The translations under genes were made by a program, and so were the position numbers. Positions 1 through 9,698 of a stretch of DNA of 64,000 nt are shown piece by piece (the stretch's first letter is position 1; every line of letters begins with the position of its first letter). Source of the stretch: a virus (lineage: Duplodnaviria; Heunggongvirae; Uroviricota; Caudoviricetes); the IMG/VR virus record IMGVR_UViG_3300022555_000023, positions 8,095-72,094 of that record, one strand, 5' to 3'. Below the pieces are notes generated by a model. The model did no database searches, was not told where the DNA came from, and was given only the letters and a program-made list of their open reading frames with translations.

Positions 1-1115
1 CCACCAAAGTCACGGGCGATCTTGGCGGGCATTTTGCCTGCGGGTGTGGGGCGATCAGCAGCCTGCCGCACACCAATGCGAGCACGGTTCGCGTCGGCGG
101 CTGCCTTATCGGCGGCCTGCACCCGCCGCGACATCGCCTCGTCGGTCGTGCTCAGTTGCGGTTTGGCAGCCGGTGGCGGAGCAACCGGGGCAGGCGGTGC
201 CACTGGTGCTGGGTTGGCAGCCTGCCACATGGCCTTGTGAGCGTCGTAAGCCTTCGCCGCCATGCGGTGGTGATTCTCGTTTTCCAGGGCCAGGGCGAAC
301 ATGGCCATCTTGTCGGGATCTTTGATCTTGCCGATGCGACGTTCCAGGGCGGCGTCGTCCATCGTCCTGAGACGCTTGTACTCATGGTCCATCGCCTTCT
401 CATAGGCACGCTCGCCCATGCGGTTGCGTAGATCGTCATGATCCGGCATTCGGTACTTGGCTCGTGGGGCGGCACCGCCGGATCCACCGCCGTTATCCGG
501 AGCCAACTTTGCTCCGCCCGCACCGCCCGACCACTGGTTACCGTGGAAAGGATGACCCGCAAGATCACCAAGCTCAAGGTCAAGGCCGCGGGAAAGCTTG
601 CCCGTGGACGACTTGTCGTCGTGATCAACGGCGGCGTCTTCGTGGGCACGGGCTAACGCACTGTAGGCCGCAGAAAGCTTCTCGTGCATGTCCTGGTGGT
701 TCGCGCCGTGCTCGGATGCCTCGCGACTATCGGCACGGTTATACTCCCTGCCGCGTAGCGGGCCGTCCGTGGGGCCGTCCTCGGCTGACTGACTGTATTT
801 GGCCGCCATCTTCTCAGCGTAGTCCTGGGCCGCACCGTGTGCGTTGGAGGCGGTGTCGTGATCGCTGCTGTTGCACTTCGGGCCGCACTTGCTGCTGGCC
901 TTCTGGGCATCATCTGAGGACGCCGTTACCTCGTCATCGTCATGGGTATCGACGCCCCGTTTGTCCGCTACACGCTTCAGGCGTTCGACGGTGTCGCGAG
1001 CCTTACCTACAGCGGCCCAGCGACCGTTCTCGTCGCGGGCCTGGTCGCCGCCCAGAGAAATAGCCTTGCCGCTAACCGGAAGGCTGAGAAACATATCGAC
1101 GATGAAGTTCTGCAT
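1..1115 (-). CDS. virion-associated protein with GHxFHGNQ[YW] module (C-terminus beyond window edge)
   Basis: Hand translation: ATG at 1115 with AAGGTGG SD stays open to base 1, so it is missing from the ORF track. N-terminus MQNFIVDMFLS is paralogous to 1125..1646. LELGDLAGHPFHGNQW is encoded at 531..578. Confidence 0.75.
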   Translation of the reverse strand, partial: MQNFIVDMFLSLPVSGKAISLGGDQARDENGRWAAVGKARDTVERLKRVADKRGVDTHDDDEVTASSDDAQKASSKCGPKCNSSDHDTASNAHGAAQDYAEKMAAKYSQSAEDGPTDGPLRGREYNRADSREASEHGANHQDMHEKLSAAYSALARAHEDAAVDHDDKSSTGKLSRGLDLELGDLAGHPFHGNQWSGGAGGAKLAPDNGGGSGGAAPRAKYRMPDHDDLRNRMGERAYEKAMDHEYKRLRTMDDAALERRIGKIKDPDKMAMFALALENENHHRMAAKAYDAHKAMWQAANPAPVAPPAPVAPPPAAKPQLSTTDEAMSRRVQAADKAAADANRARIGVRQAADRPTPAGKMPAKIARDFG

Positions 1116-1124
1116 GATACCACC

Positions 1125-1646
1125 TTATTCGTAATATACGCCGCCCAGGTCTCCCCGCACCTTCTTCAGGCCGGCATCCAAGTTGGCTTGCTCCCGAGCA
1201 CTAACGCGTCGCGGCTTGGACTTGGCTTCAGGATGATCGGCCTCGATGGATTTGGCGGCAGCCTCGTTGGCTGCCTTGGCCTTCATCTGGGCACTGGCGG
1301 CTTCACCGTCACGAGTTACGTCGCGGTAGTCGACGTGATTGTAAGTATCCTCGTGCTCCAGCCACGCCTTCTTATGATATTTTGCTGCGGAACGGTAAGC
1401 CACAACGGCCTTGCCGAACTTGCCTTTGGCGAGATGACCCTTAGCCTCGTCTGCCTTGGCCTGGGCCATGTCCGCATGATTCTTGGCACCCATAGCACCG
1501 TTCAGTGCTCTGGTCTTAGCGTTGGCCTCGGACGACGCGGTCTCGGCTGATGCAGTATACTGATTGCCGTGAAACGCGTGACCCGCCACGTCGCCCAGAA
1601 CGAGCGACGGCTGGCTCAAGAATAGATCGACGATGTAATTCTGCAC
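1125..1646 (-). CDS. small Ala/Lys-rich protein with N-proximal GHxFHGNQY module
   Basis: GTG start after AAGGAGA. MQNYIVDLFLSQPSLVLGDVAGHAFHGNQY, module at 1557..1604. Confidence 0.75.
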   Translation of the reverse strand: MQNYIVDLFLSQPSLVLGDVAGHAFHGNQYTASAETASSEANAKTRALNGAMGAKNHADMAQAKADEAKGHLAKGKFGKAVVAYRSAAKYHKKAWLEHEDTYNHVDYRDVTRDGEAASAQMKAKAANEAAAKSIEADHPEAKSKPRRVSAREQANLDAGLKKVRGDLGGVYYE

Positions 1647-1664
1647 GGCGGTCTCCTTTGATAT

Positions 1665-3203
1665 TTACTTCGCCAGAGCAGCCATACGCTCGGCCATCAC
1701 CACTGTCGCGGGACGTTCCAGAACCCATGCACCCTGGCTGAACACCAGAGGCAGGTTCTCGCCACGGCTCAGGGACACCAAACGTTCACCCGCGGCCTTG
1801 GCGAGGTCGTGTTTTCCCGCCCGCTTAAGGGCACCGACGAAGCGTTCCAGTTTGTCCTTGTTCTTGATCTTGTTGATGCGAGTGGCCAAGTCGCGGTCGT
1901 TCATGGTCAGAATTCGCATCTGCTCATGCTCTTCATTCGATGTGGCGGCCACCACCTTCTTCTCGGCCCGCCCGTAACTCTTGGTCTGACGGGCAGCCGG
2001 CTTGACGTCGCTGCGGAGAACGGGCTTGCCTTCACCTGGGGCACGCTCGACAATCCGCTTGGCCGCCGCACGGGCTCCCACCGCAGCACCAGCCTCGCCA
2101 CCGGCGTACTGGTTGCCGTGGAACGCGTGCCCGGCCTGTTCGAGAACGAGGTCGCCGTGGCTCAGGGAGGTGTCCTGACCACCGCCCTTCGCGTCCCACT
2201 TGTCGCAGTCGGCATCGTGCTTGGCCATCAGGGCGTTCATGGACGCACGGCTCGGGGCACCCTTCTTGCCGAAGGCCAGTTTCAGATCACCGCGACTCAG
2301 GGCTGCCGGTGCGGCTGCGGCTTCATCGTGGGACGCCTGGTTGATTTTCTTCCATCCCTTGTCGCGGCTGGCCCGCAGGGAATAGATATCCTCTAGCGGG
2401 ATGGCCCGCACGGGAATCTTCTTCTCGATGCCGCCCTGCTCCGCTGCCTTGGGCTTGCTGTTGCCGCCTTGCAGGAGATTCTTCTTGAGTTCCTTCACCT
2501 CTTCCGCCGGCAGGACGCGGCCCGTGGCATTGTCACGCCACTGCTCGTGCTCGCGTCGCACGTTGCCCTTGGCGTCGGTGTGCGGACGAAGCTGGAGGTA
2601 TTCACGTCCGGTATCGACGTGCTTGATGATCTGGGGGTTGTCGGCATCGTGCTGGCCGGCACCTTCGGGATGGGCCTTCGAGACCCACATGGGCTGCTTC
2701 TCGAAGTCCTGATCGAGACCCTCACGGCCCTGCTGGGCCTGCACGTTCTTCTCGTAATTGAACCCGACGTGGAAACGACCGACCGCTTCGCGGGTGACGC
2801 CCTGCGGGTACAGCTCCTCGGTCTTCTTGCCCTTGTTCGGATGCTCGCCGCCGTCCGCTGCGATGCCACGGTGCTTCTTGACCAGTTCACCGTTGGCTGC
2901 GGAGAAGACCTTACGGTGGGCGACGCTGATGATGTTGTTGCCCTTCTTGAGGTCGTTGTTCAGGAACTCGCGGGTCTTCGCACCGTGGATGCTGCCCGGC
3001 CCGTACTGGTTCCCGTGGAACTCGTGTCCCGTCACATCGCCCAATCGAAGAACTTCAAACTCGCCGCAGCCAAGGGACAGAAGGAGAACATCCGTCGTCG
3101 GCTTGCTGCTCGTGCCCAGCTTGATTTCCTTCGTACCGAAAAGCTGGTTACTCAGGCTCATGGCCCAGTCACCCACCGGACGGTTATCGAACATCCTCGT
3201 CAT
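1665..3203 (-). CDS. large protein with two GHxFHGNQY modules
   Basis: ORF 1665..3293 trimmed to ATG 3203 (AAGGAGAA SD, 5-nt spacer). LRLGDVTGHEFHGNQY at 3003..3050 and LVLEQAGHAFHGNQY at 2106..2150. Confidence 0.75.
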   Translation of the reverse strand: MTRMFDNRPVGDWAMSLSNQLFGTKEIKLGTSSKPTTDVLLLSLGCGEFEVLRLGDVTGHEFHGNQYGPGSIHGAKTREFLNNDLKKGNNIISVAHRKVFSAANGELVKKHRGIAADGGEHPNKGKKTEELYPQGVTREAVGRFHVGFNYEKNVQAQQGREGLDQDFEKQPMWVSKAHPEGAGQHDADNPQIIKHVDTGREYLQLRPHTDAKGNVRREHEQWRDNATGRVLPAEEVKELKKNLLQGGNSKPKAAEQGGIEKKIPVRAIPLEDIYSLRASRDKGWKKINQASHDEAAAAPAALSRGDLKLAFGKKGAPSRASMNALMAKHDADCDKWDAKGGGQDTSLSHGDLVLEQAGHAFHGNQYAGGEAGAAVGARAAAKRIVERAPGEGKPVLRSDVKPAARQTKSYGRAEKKVVAATSNEEHEQMRILTMNDRDLATRINKIKNKDKLERFVGALKRAGKHDLAKAAGERLVSLSRGENLPLVFSQGAWVLERPATVVMAERMAALAK

Positions 3204-3231
3204 GACGATTCTCCTTTGTAAGATCATTTGA

Positions 3232-4299
3232 TTAGACAATACCCTGCAGCACGGCTGCTGTGCGTCCAACCATAGACGCGATGGTGACTCCAATCGGGTT
3301 CAGTAGCTGGCCCGCGTTCTTGGTTCCGCCGTTGGGCAGGATGACCCAATACGGATCGGTGCCCGCTGCTGGTGCGGCTATGCCAAGAATCTTACAGAAG
3401 TTGTAGGGACCGATGAGACCCGTAAGACCCAGACCGTTCGGGATGCCGGCGGCGGTCGGTGCTGTGCCGGTAATCGCCCGGTAGCACATGTAGGTGCTGC
3501 CGTTTGTCGCAAGCATCCCAGGAACGTAGGACGTACCGCCCGCGTAGGCTCCGGGCGAACCGATACTGGTCGTGGCCGTGATGCTGGTCAACCACCGCAT
3601 CGTGGTGTTGGGGTTGCCCCAGTCCTTGATGTTGTAAGCCTCGCTGTACTGAGCCAGACTTCCGCCCGTCGTCAGCAAGGTTCCAGGCTGGCGAGCGTTA
3701 CCGGACACTCCGTAGCCGTCGCTGACACCCTGCGAAACGTTGGGTCCGAAAAGCTGGGAGGTCTGACCTGCGGCGATGTTCTGCACGTCAACCCGCACCT
3801 GATCGAGGACGTCCACCACCGTACCGTAGACCGCCCGCAGTCCGATGACCGCACCCGTGCCGCTGCTGGCCGCACCGGAGGAGTTGACAGCCGTGGTCGT
3901 GGCGAAGCCCGCCTTGTATCCCGTACCGGGAACCAAGGGCAAGACGGCGGTCACACCGCCCGTCGCGCTGATTCTGGCCACCACCACCTTGCCGCCCGAC
4001 GCCCCGGTCTGCACCAGGGTCAGGATGTCGCCGATGCGGTAGTTCTGCCCCGCACCGCCCGGCTGTGTGGCAGCCTTGGCCCAGGGTAGAAGGTCCGAGC
4101 CTGACGTCAGCACCGCCCGTCGAAACGGCTTCTTGTAGAAGGCGTCGATGGCCGCGTACTGCGTGGCCGAGATGTAGCCCGCTGTCGTGCCCGGCCCAGT
4201 GTACATGAGGCGGGCCATTCGCAGCAGGGCGAACTGGAAGTAGCGAATCTTCCGCCGCGGCGGCATTTCGCTGGACTGGTAGGTCTTCAATGTGGCCAT
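3232..4299 (-). CDS. putative virion structural protein, Gly/Thr/Ala-rich
   Basis: 355-aa ORF with ACGGAG SD. The composition resembles beta-rich fibre or decoration proteins. No family recognised. Confidence 0.6.
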   Translation of the reverse strand: MATLKTYQSSEMPPRRKIRYFQFALLRMARLMYTGPGTTAGYISATQYAAIDAFYKKPFRRAVLTSGSDLLPWAKAATQPGGAGQNYRIGDILTLVQTGASGGKVVVARISATGGVTAVLPLVPGTGYKAGFATTTAVNSSGAASSGTGAVIGLRAVYGTVVDVLDQVRVDVQNIAAGQTSQLFGPNVSQGVSDGYGVSGNARQPGTLLTTGGSLAQYSEAYNIKDWGNPNTTMRWLTSITATTSIGSPGAYAGGTSYVPGMLATNGSTYMCYRAITGTAPTAAGIPNGLGLTGLIGPYNFCKILGIAAPAAGTDPYWVILPNGGTKNAGQLLNPIGVTIASMVGRTAAVLQGIV

Positions 4300-4320
4300 T
4301 GTAATGGTGCTCCGTATGGT

Positions 4321-4824
4321 TTACTGAACTTCGGCGTCCGCCGTGCCGGTGACACGCGCTTGCAGGCCCGCTTCCCGCATGGCACGCACCACGCGTGCCC
4401 CGCAGTCGATGATCACGATCATAGCGTCCGTCTCAATGCGGGCCTGTGCGCCATTTCGCGAGACGGTTTGTTGAATTGCGTAGGTGTCCGTTGACCGGCG
4501 ACGCAGAGTGGCCAGGGTGCGTTCCAACGCGTGCAGCCTGTTCACAATGGTCGGATCCGGTTCGGGCACGCTGCCCACCACCGTGGGATCGCCGAAGCGG
4601 CGTCGCAGGAGGATGCCCTGCATTTCCCAGATGGCTCGGGCCAATTCCGCCGTGCGGCTTGCCAGGCCATCACCTGTGGCGATGTCCTCGATATCGGCGA
4701 GGAGGACGTCAAGGACAGCCTCGTCGGGATATGGCGTGCGGGGCGGCGGAGTGTATTGCGGCTGCTCGCGGATGATGCGACGGCGGCTGCTGGTGTTCGT
4801 TGTTGATTCGGCTACTTCTGGCAT
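4321..4824 (-). CDS. hypothetical protein
   Basis: 167-aa ORF with TAGGAGA SD. Confidence 0.65.
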   Translation of the reverse strand: MPEVAESTTNTSSRRRIIREQPQYTPPPRTPYPDEAVLDVLLADIEDIATGDGLASRTAELARAIWEMQGILLRRRFGDPTVVGSVPEPDPTIVNRLHALERTLATLRRRSTDTYAIQQTVSRNGAQARIETDAMIVIIDCGARVVRAMREAGLQARVTGTADAEVQ

Positions 4825-4863
4825 TTCGGAAATCTCCTAATTCGGCTTCGGATGATCGCGGGC

Positions 4864-5559
4864 TTATTTGCCCGCCTTGTGCTGCTCCCATGCAGCTTTG
4901 TTGACGTAGTACTGGCTGTGCTCATGCACGCTTGGCGACTGCCCCTTGGGCGTGACCAGCACCTGATTGTTTTGGGATCGCGTCGCGCTGCCACCGGCGG
5001 GATTGTGCTCGACGTAATCGCCTGCGGGAAGATGACCCGCGTAGGGCACACCGGCCTGATATCCGTGCGACGGGATTTTGCCGGCGGGAACGGTGACGGC
5101 TGACGCGAGCTTTGTTGCTTCGGCGTCGTGATTGGCCGCCTCTTCGAGATGACCCTTGACCTTGTTCTGATACTCCCGCTTGTTCTCCTGCCACTTTTCT
5201 AATGGCTCGTAACCTTCATCCTCGTACCGTGACGCGGGGTATGGAACCTTGGGGGCGGCTGGGAAATCGTCGAGGGCCTCGTTGATGACACTGGCCGCAC
5301 GCCGGTTCAAGTCGGCTGCGGTCTTATGGGCCTCGGGCGTGTTCTTATCGTAAGCATCGTTCGTGGCGTCGATGGCCTTATCGGAAGCCTTATCGGGATC
5401 GCCGCCGTCCGTGTACTGATTGCCGCGAAACTTGTGGCCGGCAACATCACCCAGAACCAGGTCACCGCCACGAAGGTTATCATGACTCAAGGTCATGTCG
5501 GAAGCGTGGCCCGGCTTGATTCCCAAAAAGGTGTCAATGGTCTTGTTCAGGCTCGACAT
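4864..5559 (-). CDS. protein with GHxFRGNQY module
   Basis: ORF trimmed to ATG 5559 (MSSLNKTIDTF). LVLGDVAGHKFRGNQY at 5413..5460. Confidence 0.7.
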   Translation of the reverse strand: MSSLNKTIDTFLGIKPGHASDMTLSHDNLRGGDLVLGDVAGHKFRGNQYTDGGDPDKASDKAIDATNDAYDKNTPEAHKTAADLNRRAASVINEALDDFPAAPKVPYPASRYEDEGYEPLEKWQENKREYQNKVKGHLEEAANHDAEATKLASAVTVPAGKIPSHGYQAGVPYAGHLPAGDYVEHNPAGGSATRSQNNQVLVTPKGQSPSVHEHSQYYVNKAAWEQHKAGK

Positions 5560-5613
5560 GATGTTACCTATGATACGATATGACGCAGCAGCACTGCAAG
5601 GGCTTAACTGCAT

Positions 5614-5689
5614 TGACTTCCATAATACACGGTTGGGGCAATCTTAGCGATACCATTACTTTTCTCATTTTACAATGATCTAAGTATGA
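5614..5689 (-). promoter_or_regulatory. AT-rich intergenic spacer, candidate promoter
   Basis: One of the few AT-rich gaps in the window. The minus strand contains TTGTAA-N17-TATCGC and TGTATTATGG (extended -10-like). Confidence 0.3.
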
Positions 5690-8600
5690 TCAACCCTTGG
5701 CATGCTGCTCAGCTTGGCGACGATAGAATCGTGCCCGACCGAAGTGATTACTCGCTCGGTTCGTGCTGCCGGCAGCTCGGTGCTTCACGGCAGAATCGGC
5801 AAACGCCTCAGATGCCCTGACTGCCAACGAGGCTTTCTCGCCCGGTGATGCCGTGGATGCTCGGTACGCCTTGCCCGCCTGCTGGGCCGTCTTCATGGCC
5901 GCGTCAGCACGCTCCTGCATGGCCGCGTAAGCTGGATGATCCTTGAGCTTGCCCTTGCGGTCTTCAAACTCGTGGTCGCTGGCCCCGTGCTCGTGCAGGT
6001 GCATGAAGGCCATCAGGGCTCGGGCCTGCTCGTCATGGTCTTCGGTTCCGGGCTGGTCTCCGACCGCCTCGGCCAGCTTGGCGGCCTTCATGTGCTTCAC
6101 CGCGGCATCGCCCAGGCGGTTGCCGATCCAGTGGTGCATGGAATCCTCGATGTCGGGCGTCAGGGCCTGCGGCGGTCCACCGTGGTGGTGGGCGTTCATG
6201 GCCTCGCCCGCAGCTATGCGGGCGGCGTAGTCGGCCTGCTCGTACTGGATAGCCTTCTTCGCGTCGGGCTCCTTGGGCTGGCCAGCACTGTACTGATTGC
6301 CGCGGAATTCATGCCCCGCAACGTCACCAAGCTCCAGCGGCACATCCAGACTCAACCGAGCGTCGCGGGGGCGGCGGGGAGGATGGGCTTCAGCCTGGGC
6401 CTTGGCCGCGTTATCTCGCAGGGCCTGCATCCTGCCGGCGGATGGCAGTCTGACCACGTGCTCGCCTGCTCCGCGTATGCGTCGCGATTCCTCCTCGTGT
6501 TCGCGAGCCGCAGAGATTGCTGCCTTCTGGGCGGCGTGGTGCATGCTGGCGAACTCCAGGCTGACGTCACTGCCGTCTTCTTCATGATGCTGGGCGGCGA
6601 GAACATGACCTTTAGCAGCCTTCTGGAACTGCTCGGCGGCCTTATCATGATCTGCCGCCGCACCGGAGGCAATGGCTTTCTTCGCCGTCACCAGGGCCAC
6701 GTTGTTATCGCTGGTCGACGCGATGCTCTTGGCTAGTGCGCCCTTCTGCACCGTACCGGCTAGGGGGAACAACTTATAGTTCCGGATGGCGGCGTTAGCC
6801 TTGGCAGATGATTCTGTTGCCGTGAACTGGTTGCCATGAAACGCGTGCCCTGCGACGTCACCAAGCTCGATAGGTAGATCATGACTCAGGCCCTTGATCT
6901 GGAAATCATTCTGACGGCCCTGCACGTTGGCATTGTGAGCATCCCCGTACTTGCGACCATGCTCGTCATCATCTTCCGGGTTCCAGCCGGCGGCAATGGC
7001 CTGCCTACGCATCTCATCTGCCTGGAGACTCATGCGTTTTCCCTGAGCCATCGAAGTATGACGTGTTGCCAGGTCTTCCAGCTTCTCAGGATCATTGGCA
7101 GCACTCTTCGCCACGGGCAAACCACGGTTCTCATACACGCCCCGCACGGTTCTGCCGACAGCCGCAGCCTCCCTCAGATGACCCGCAGCATCGAGATGAT
7201 GCTGTATGGCCTCGGGTGTATCCCCGGCAGCCAGAGCCCGTGATGCTGCTTGTCCAGCCTGCGTTGTATGGTACTTGTGCTCAACGTAGGCTGACATACT
7301 TACATCATTTGCCGCCGCGTGCGTATCATCATGAAGTTGCTGAGCTGCCGTGACTGCATTGCTTTGCGCTACCGCCGGCAATGCAGTCAAATCTGTCTGG
7401 GGACGGTCATGATACGGCTCGATCATATTCTTACCCACGCTTTGCTGCGGGTTTATGGGCAGTCCCGCATCGTGCGTGATCACAACAGCATTGCCGCGGT
7501 CTTCGACGACCCGGAAGTCACGAGCATCATCTCCGGGATCCTGCCACTCCGGTTTGATGGCTACCCGCTGGCCTGCCAGGTACTGGCCGTGCTGCTCGGC
7601 GGCTCCCTCCAGATACTTAGCCGTCTCAATATGCTCTCGTGCCGCCATTCTGTGCTGGCCGCGTTCAAGCTGGGTCAGCCTTGGTGCCTCAGAGGCATTC
7701 GCATGACCTTCGGCGGCGTCGCGACAACGTGATGCTGCGGCAGAATACAGGCCGTCCTTGACGAGACGCTTCGCATCATCTGAAGCGTCCACATGACGTT
7801 TGCCAGCCCGTGCGCCCTTCGTACTGTTGGTGGCGTCACTAGCCTTCTTCACAGCATCAACGGCTCCCTGGTGCGTGTACTGATTCCCGTGGAACTCGTG
7901 ACCTGCAACGTCACCAAGCTCAAGATCAATATTTAGGCCATGACCTAAATTTAGGTCATCGGCTAACGCGGTGTCAGTTTGGCTCATGGCCATATCCTCT
8001 GGTTTGGTACTTCCAGTCCAAGACTGGAGATGATGGTTCGCCAGTTCCTGTAGGGCCTCGCCGGCAGAGCGACAGGCGTCGGCGGCGTCTTCATGATATG
8101 AATCGTGACCATCGGAACTGTTCAGGTCAGCATCGTTGTGCAGGTCGGCTGTGTGATGATACTCGTTCGCAGCCCTCGCACAGGCTTTGAAAGCAGCGTC
8201 GTTCGACCGGCCCGAGGCTGACTCCTTCAGGGCGACCACGGCTGCCGTGTTGGCCGCACCGTGTGCGTCGCGTGCGGCTGCTCCGCGGCGACCGGGCGGT
8301 GAGCCAATGGCTTCCTTGCTGGCCTTGGCGGCGTAGTCTACGGCCTCCTGTGCGGTCGCGGCGAACCTCCCACGGGCGTCCCGTTCCTGGCCCTCGCCGT
8401 GGCTGGCCCGCAGATCTCCCCGCAGGGCGGTAGCTCCGTCGCCAACAGCGTCGTCCTTGGGCTGGCACGTCTGGCCGCAGGTCGGGCACTTACCATCCTG
8501 ACACGCACCCTTGCAGGCCGGGCAGGTGGCATCCTGGCTCAATGCGGCGTCCTTACCGCCACCGATGAGAACCGGGTGTCCGTTGATCGTGACCCAATGA

Positions 8601-9442
8601 GCATCGTCCGGAAGTTTGGATCCGGCGTTGTGCGTGCGGGCCTTCACGCGGTGCTGGGATGCTGCATCGGACAGGCCCGCCTTCTCGGCCTTGCGGGCTG
8701 CGTCATTCCGGTCTAGATAAGCGTTCCTGTGCGCCCGCCGCAGGTTGACCAGATTGCCGTGGGACGGATCCGCACGGTGGGCGTCCTCGGCGGATTTGAC
8801 CTGGGACGCACGACGGTCGGCCCGTGCAGATGCCGTGGCGTGCTTCTTCAGGTTGCCAGCCTTTTCCTTTTCGGCCTTCTTGGCAGCTTCGGCCTTCGCC
8901 TTATCATCTGCAACCTTTTTATCGGCGGCGGCCTTCTCCCTGGCCAGTCGTTGGCTGCGGGCCACGAAGCCCTCCTGTGGAGTCTGGGCGAGATTTCTGC
9001 GGCCCACGTTAAGAACGCGTCCAATAGCACGGTCGCCAAACACGTTCGTGTTCCAGGCCCCGCCCCGTCCGCGGTTGCGGCCCGCGTCGGTTCGGTCCTT
9101 GACGAACTTCTGCCAGTGCTTCTTGTCGGCTGCGGACATCATATCATGGGAGATCTCGTGATGCCCGCCGGGGTTGGCCTCCTGGTCATGCATCATATCG
9201 TATGCATGGTCGGCAGACTTGGCCGGGCCGTACAGGTTACCTTCTGATATTCCGGGCTGCTCGATGTAGTCGCTGTGGAAGTCGCTGCCCATCTCCGACC
9301 GCATGCGGTCGGCTTTATCTTCATCGGGATAAGGTGCGACGGCGCAGTACCATTTGCCCTTCTCGGGTTCAAAGACCACGCAGTCCCGCTGCACGGACAG
9401 AATCAGGGCGGGCATCTCAACGGGGATATCTAGGGCTGACAT
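5690..9442 (-). CDS. very large Ala-rich protein with three GHxF[HR]GNQ[YF] modules and a Cys-rich knuckle
   Basis: Start moved to ATG 9442 (AAGGATG SD), giving 1250 aa. Modules at 7877..7924, 6824..6871 and 6290..6337. CPACKGACQDGKCPTCGQTC cluster. Confidence 0.8.
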   Translation of the reverse strand: MSALDIPVEMPALILSVQRDCVVFEPEKGKWYCAVAPYPDEDKADRMRSEMGSDFHSDYIEQPGISEGNLYGPAKSADHAYDMMHDQEANPGGHHEISHDMMSAADKKHWQKFVKDRTDAGRNRGRGGAWNTNVFGDRAIGRVLNVGRRNLAQTPQEGFVARSQRLAREKAAADKKVADDKAKAEAAKKAEKEKAGNLKKHATASARADRRASQVKSAEDAHRADPSHGNLVNLRRAHRNAYLDRNDAARKAEKAGLSDAASQHRVKARTHNAGSKLPDDAHWVTINGHPVLIGGGKDAALSQDATCPACKGACQDGKCPTCGQTCQPKDDAVGDGATALRGDLRASHGEGQERDARGRFAATAQEAVDYAAKASKEAIGSPPGRRGAAARDAHGAANTAAVVALKESASGRSNDAAFKACARAANEYHHTADLHNDADLNSSDGHDSYHEDAADACRSAGEALQELANHHLQSWTGSTKPEDMAMSQTDTALADDLNLGHGLNIDLELGDVAGHEFHGNQYTHQGAVDAVKKASDATNSTKGARAGKRHVDASDDAKRLVKDGLYSAAASRCRDAAEGHANASEAPRLTQLERGQHRMAAREHIETAKYLEGAAEQHGQYLAGQRVAIKPEWQDPGDDARDFRVVEDRGNAVVITHDAGLPINPQQSVGKNMIEPYHDRPQTDLTALPAVAQSNAVTAAQQLHDDTHAAANDVSMSAYVEHKYHTTQAGQAASRALAAGDTPEAIQHHLDAAGHLREAAAVGRTVRGVYENRGLPVAKSAANDPEKLEDLATRHTSMAQGKRMSLQADEMRRQAIAAGWNPEDDDEHGRKYGDAHNANVQGRQNDFQIKGLSHDLPIELGDVAGHAFHGNQFTATESSAKANAAIRNYKLFPLAGTVQKGALAKSIASTSDNNVALVTAKKAIASGAAADHDKAAEQFQKAAKGHVLAAQHHEEDGSDVSLEFASMHHAAQKAAISAAREHEEESRRIRGAGEHVVRLPSAGRMQALRDNAAKAQAEAHPPRRPRDARLSLDVPLELGDVAGHEFRGNQYSAGQPKEPDAKKAIQYEQADYAARIAAGEAMNAHHHGGPPQALTPDIEDSMHHWIGNRLGDAAVKHMKAAKLAEAVGDQPGTEDHDEQARALMAFMHLHEHGASDHEFEDRKGKLKDHPAYAAMQERADAAMKTAQQAGKAYRASTASPGEKASLAVRASEAFADSAVKHRAAGSTNRASNHFGRARFYRRQAEQHAKG

Positions 9443-9672
9443 GATACATCCTTGGTTAGCGGCGGGCATGCTTCATGCGGTTCATGGCATGCCAAACATC
9501 GCAGGCATAATGATGCTGCGATGAAATTTGTGGCTTCAGTGATGAACTTCTCACGACGAGACGCTTCGTCCTTCTCATAGCGGCGGAACTTCTCATACAG
9601 GTTCTCAGCCAGGCGGCGAGCAAACTCGTCGTGATTACGCATCGCATCTCGGGCCTCCGTATCACATAGCAT
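9430..9672 (-). CDS. hypothetical small helical protein
   Basis: Part of ORF 9430..9735. RNHDEFARRLAENLYEKFRRYEKDEA looks protein-like. Start uncertain. Confidence 0.4.
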   Translation of the reverse strand: MLCDTEARDAMRNHDEFARRLAENLYEKFRRYEKDEASRREKFITEATNFIAASLCLRCLACHEPHEACPPLTKDVSCQP

Positions 9673-9698
9673 AACGGATGAAGGCCGTTCAGGCGACG

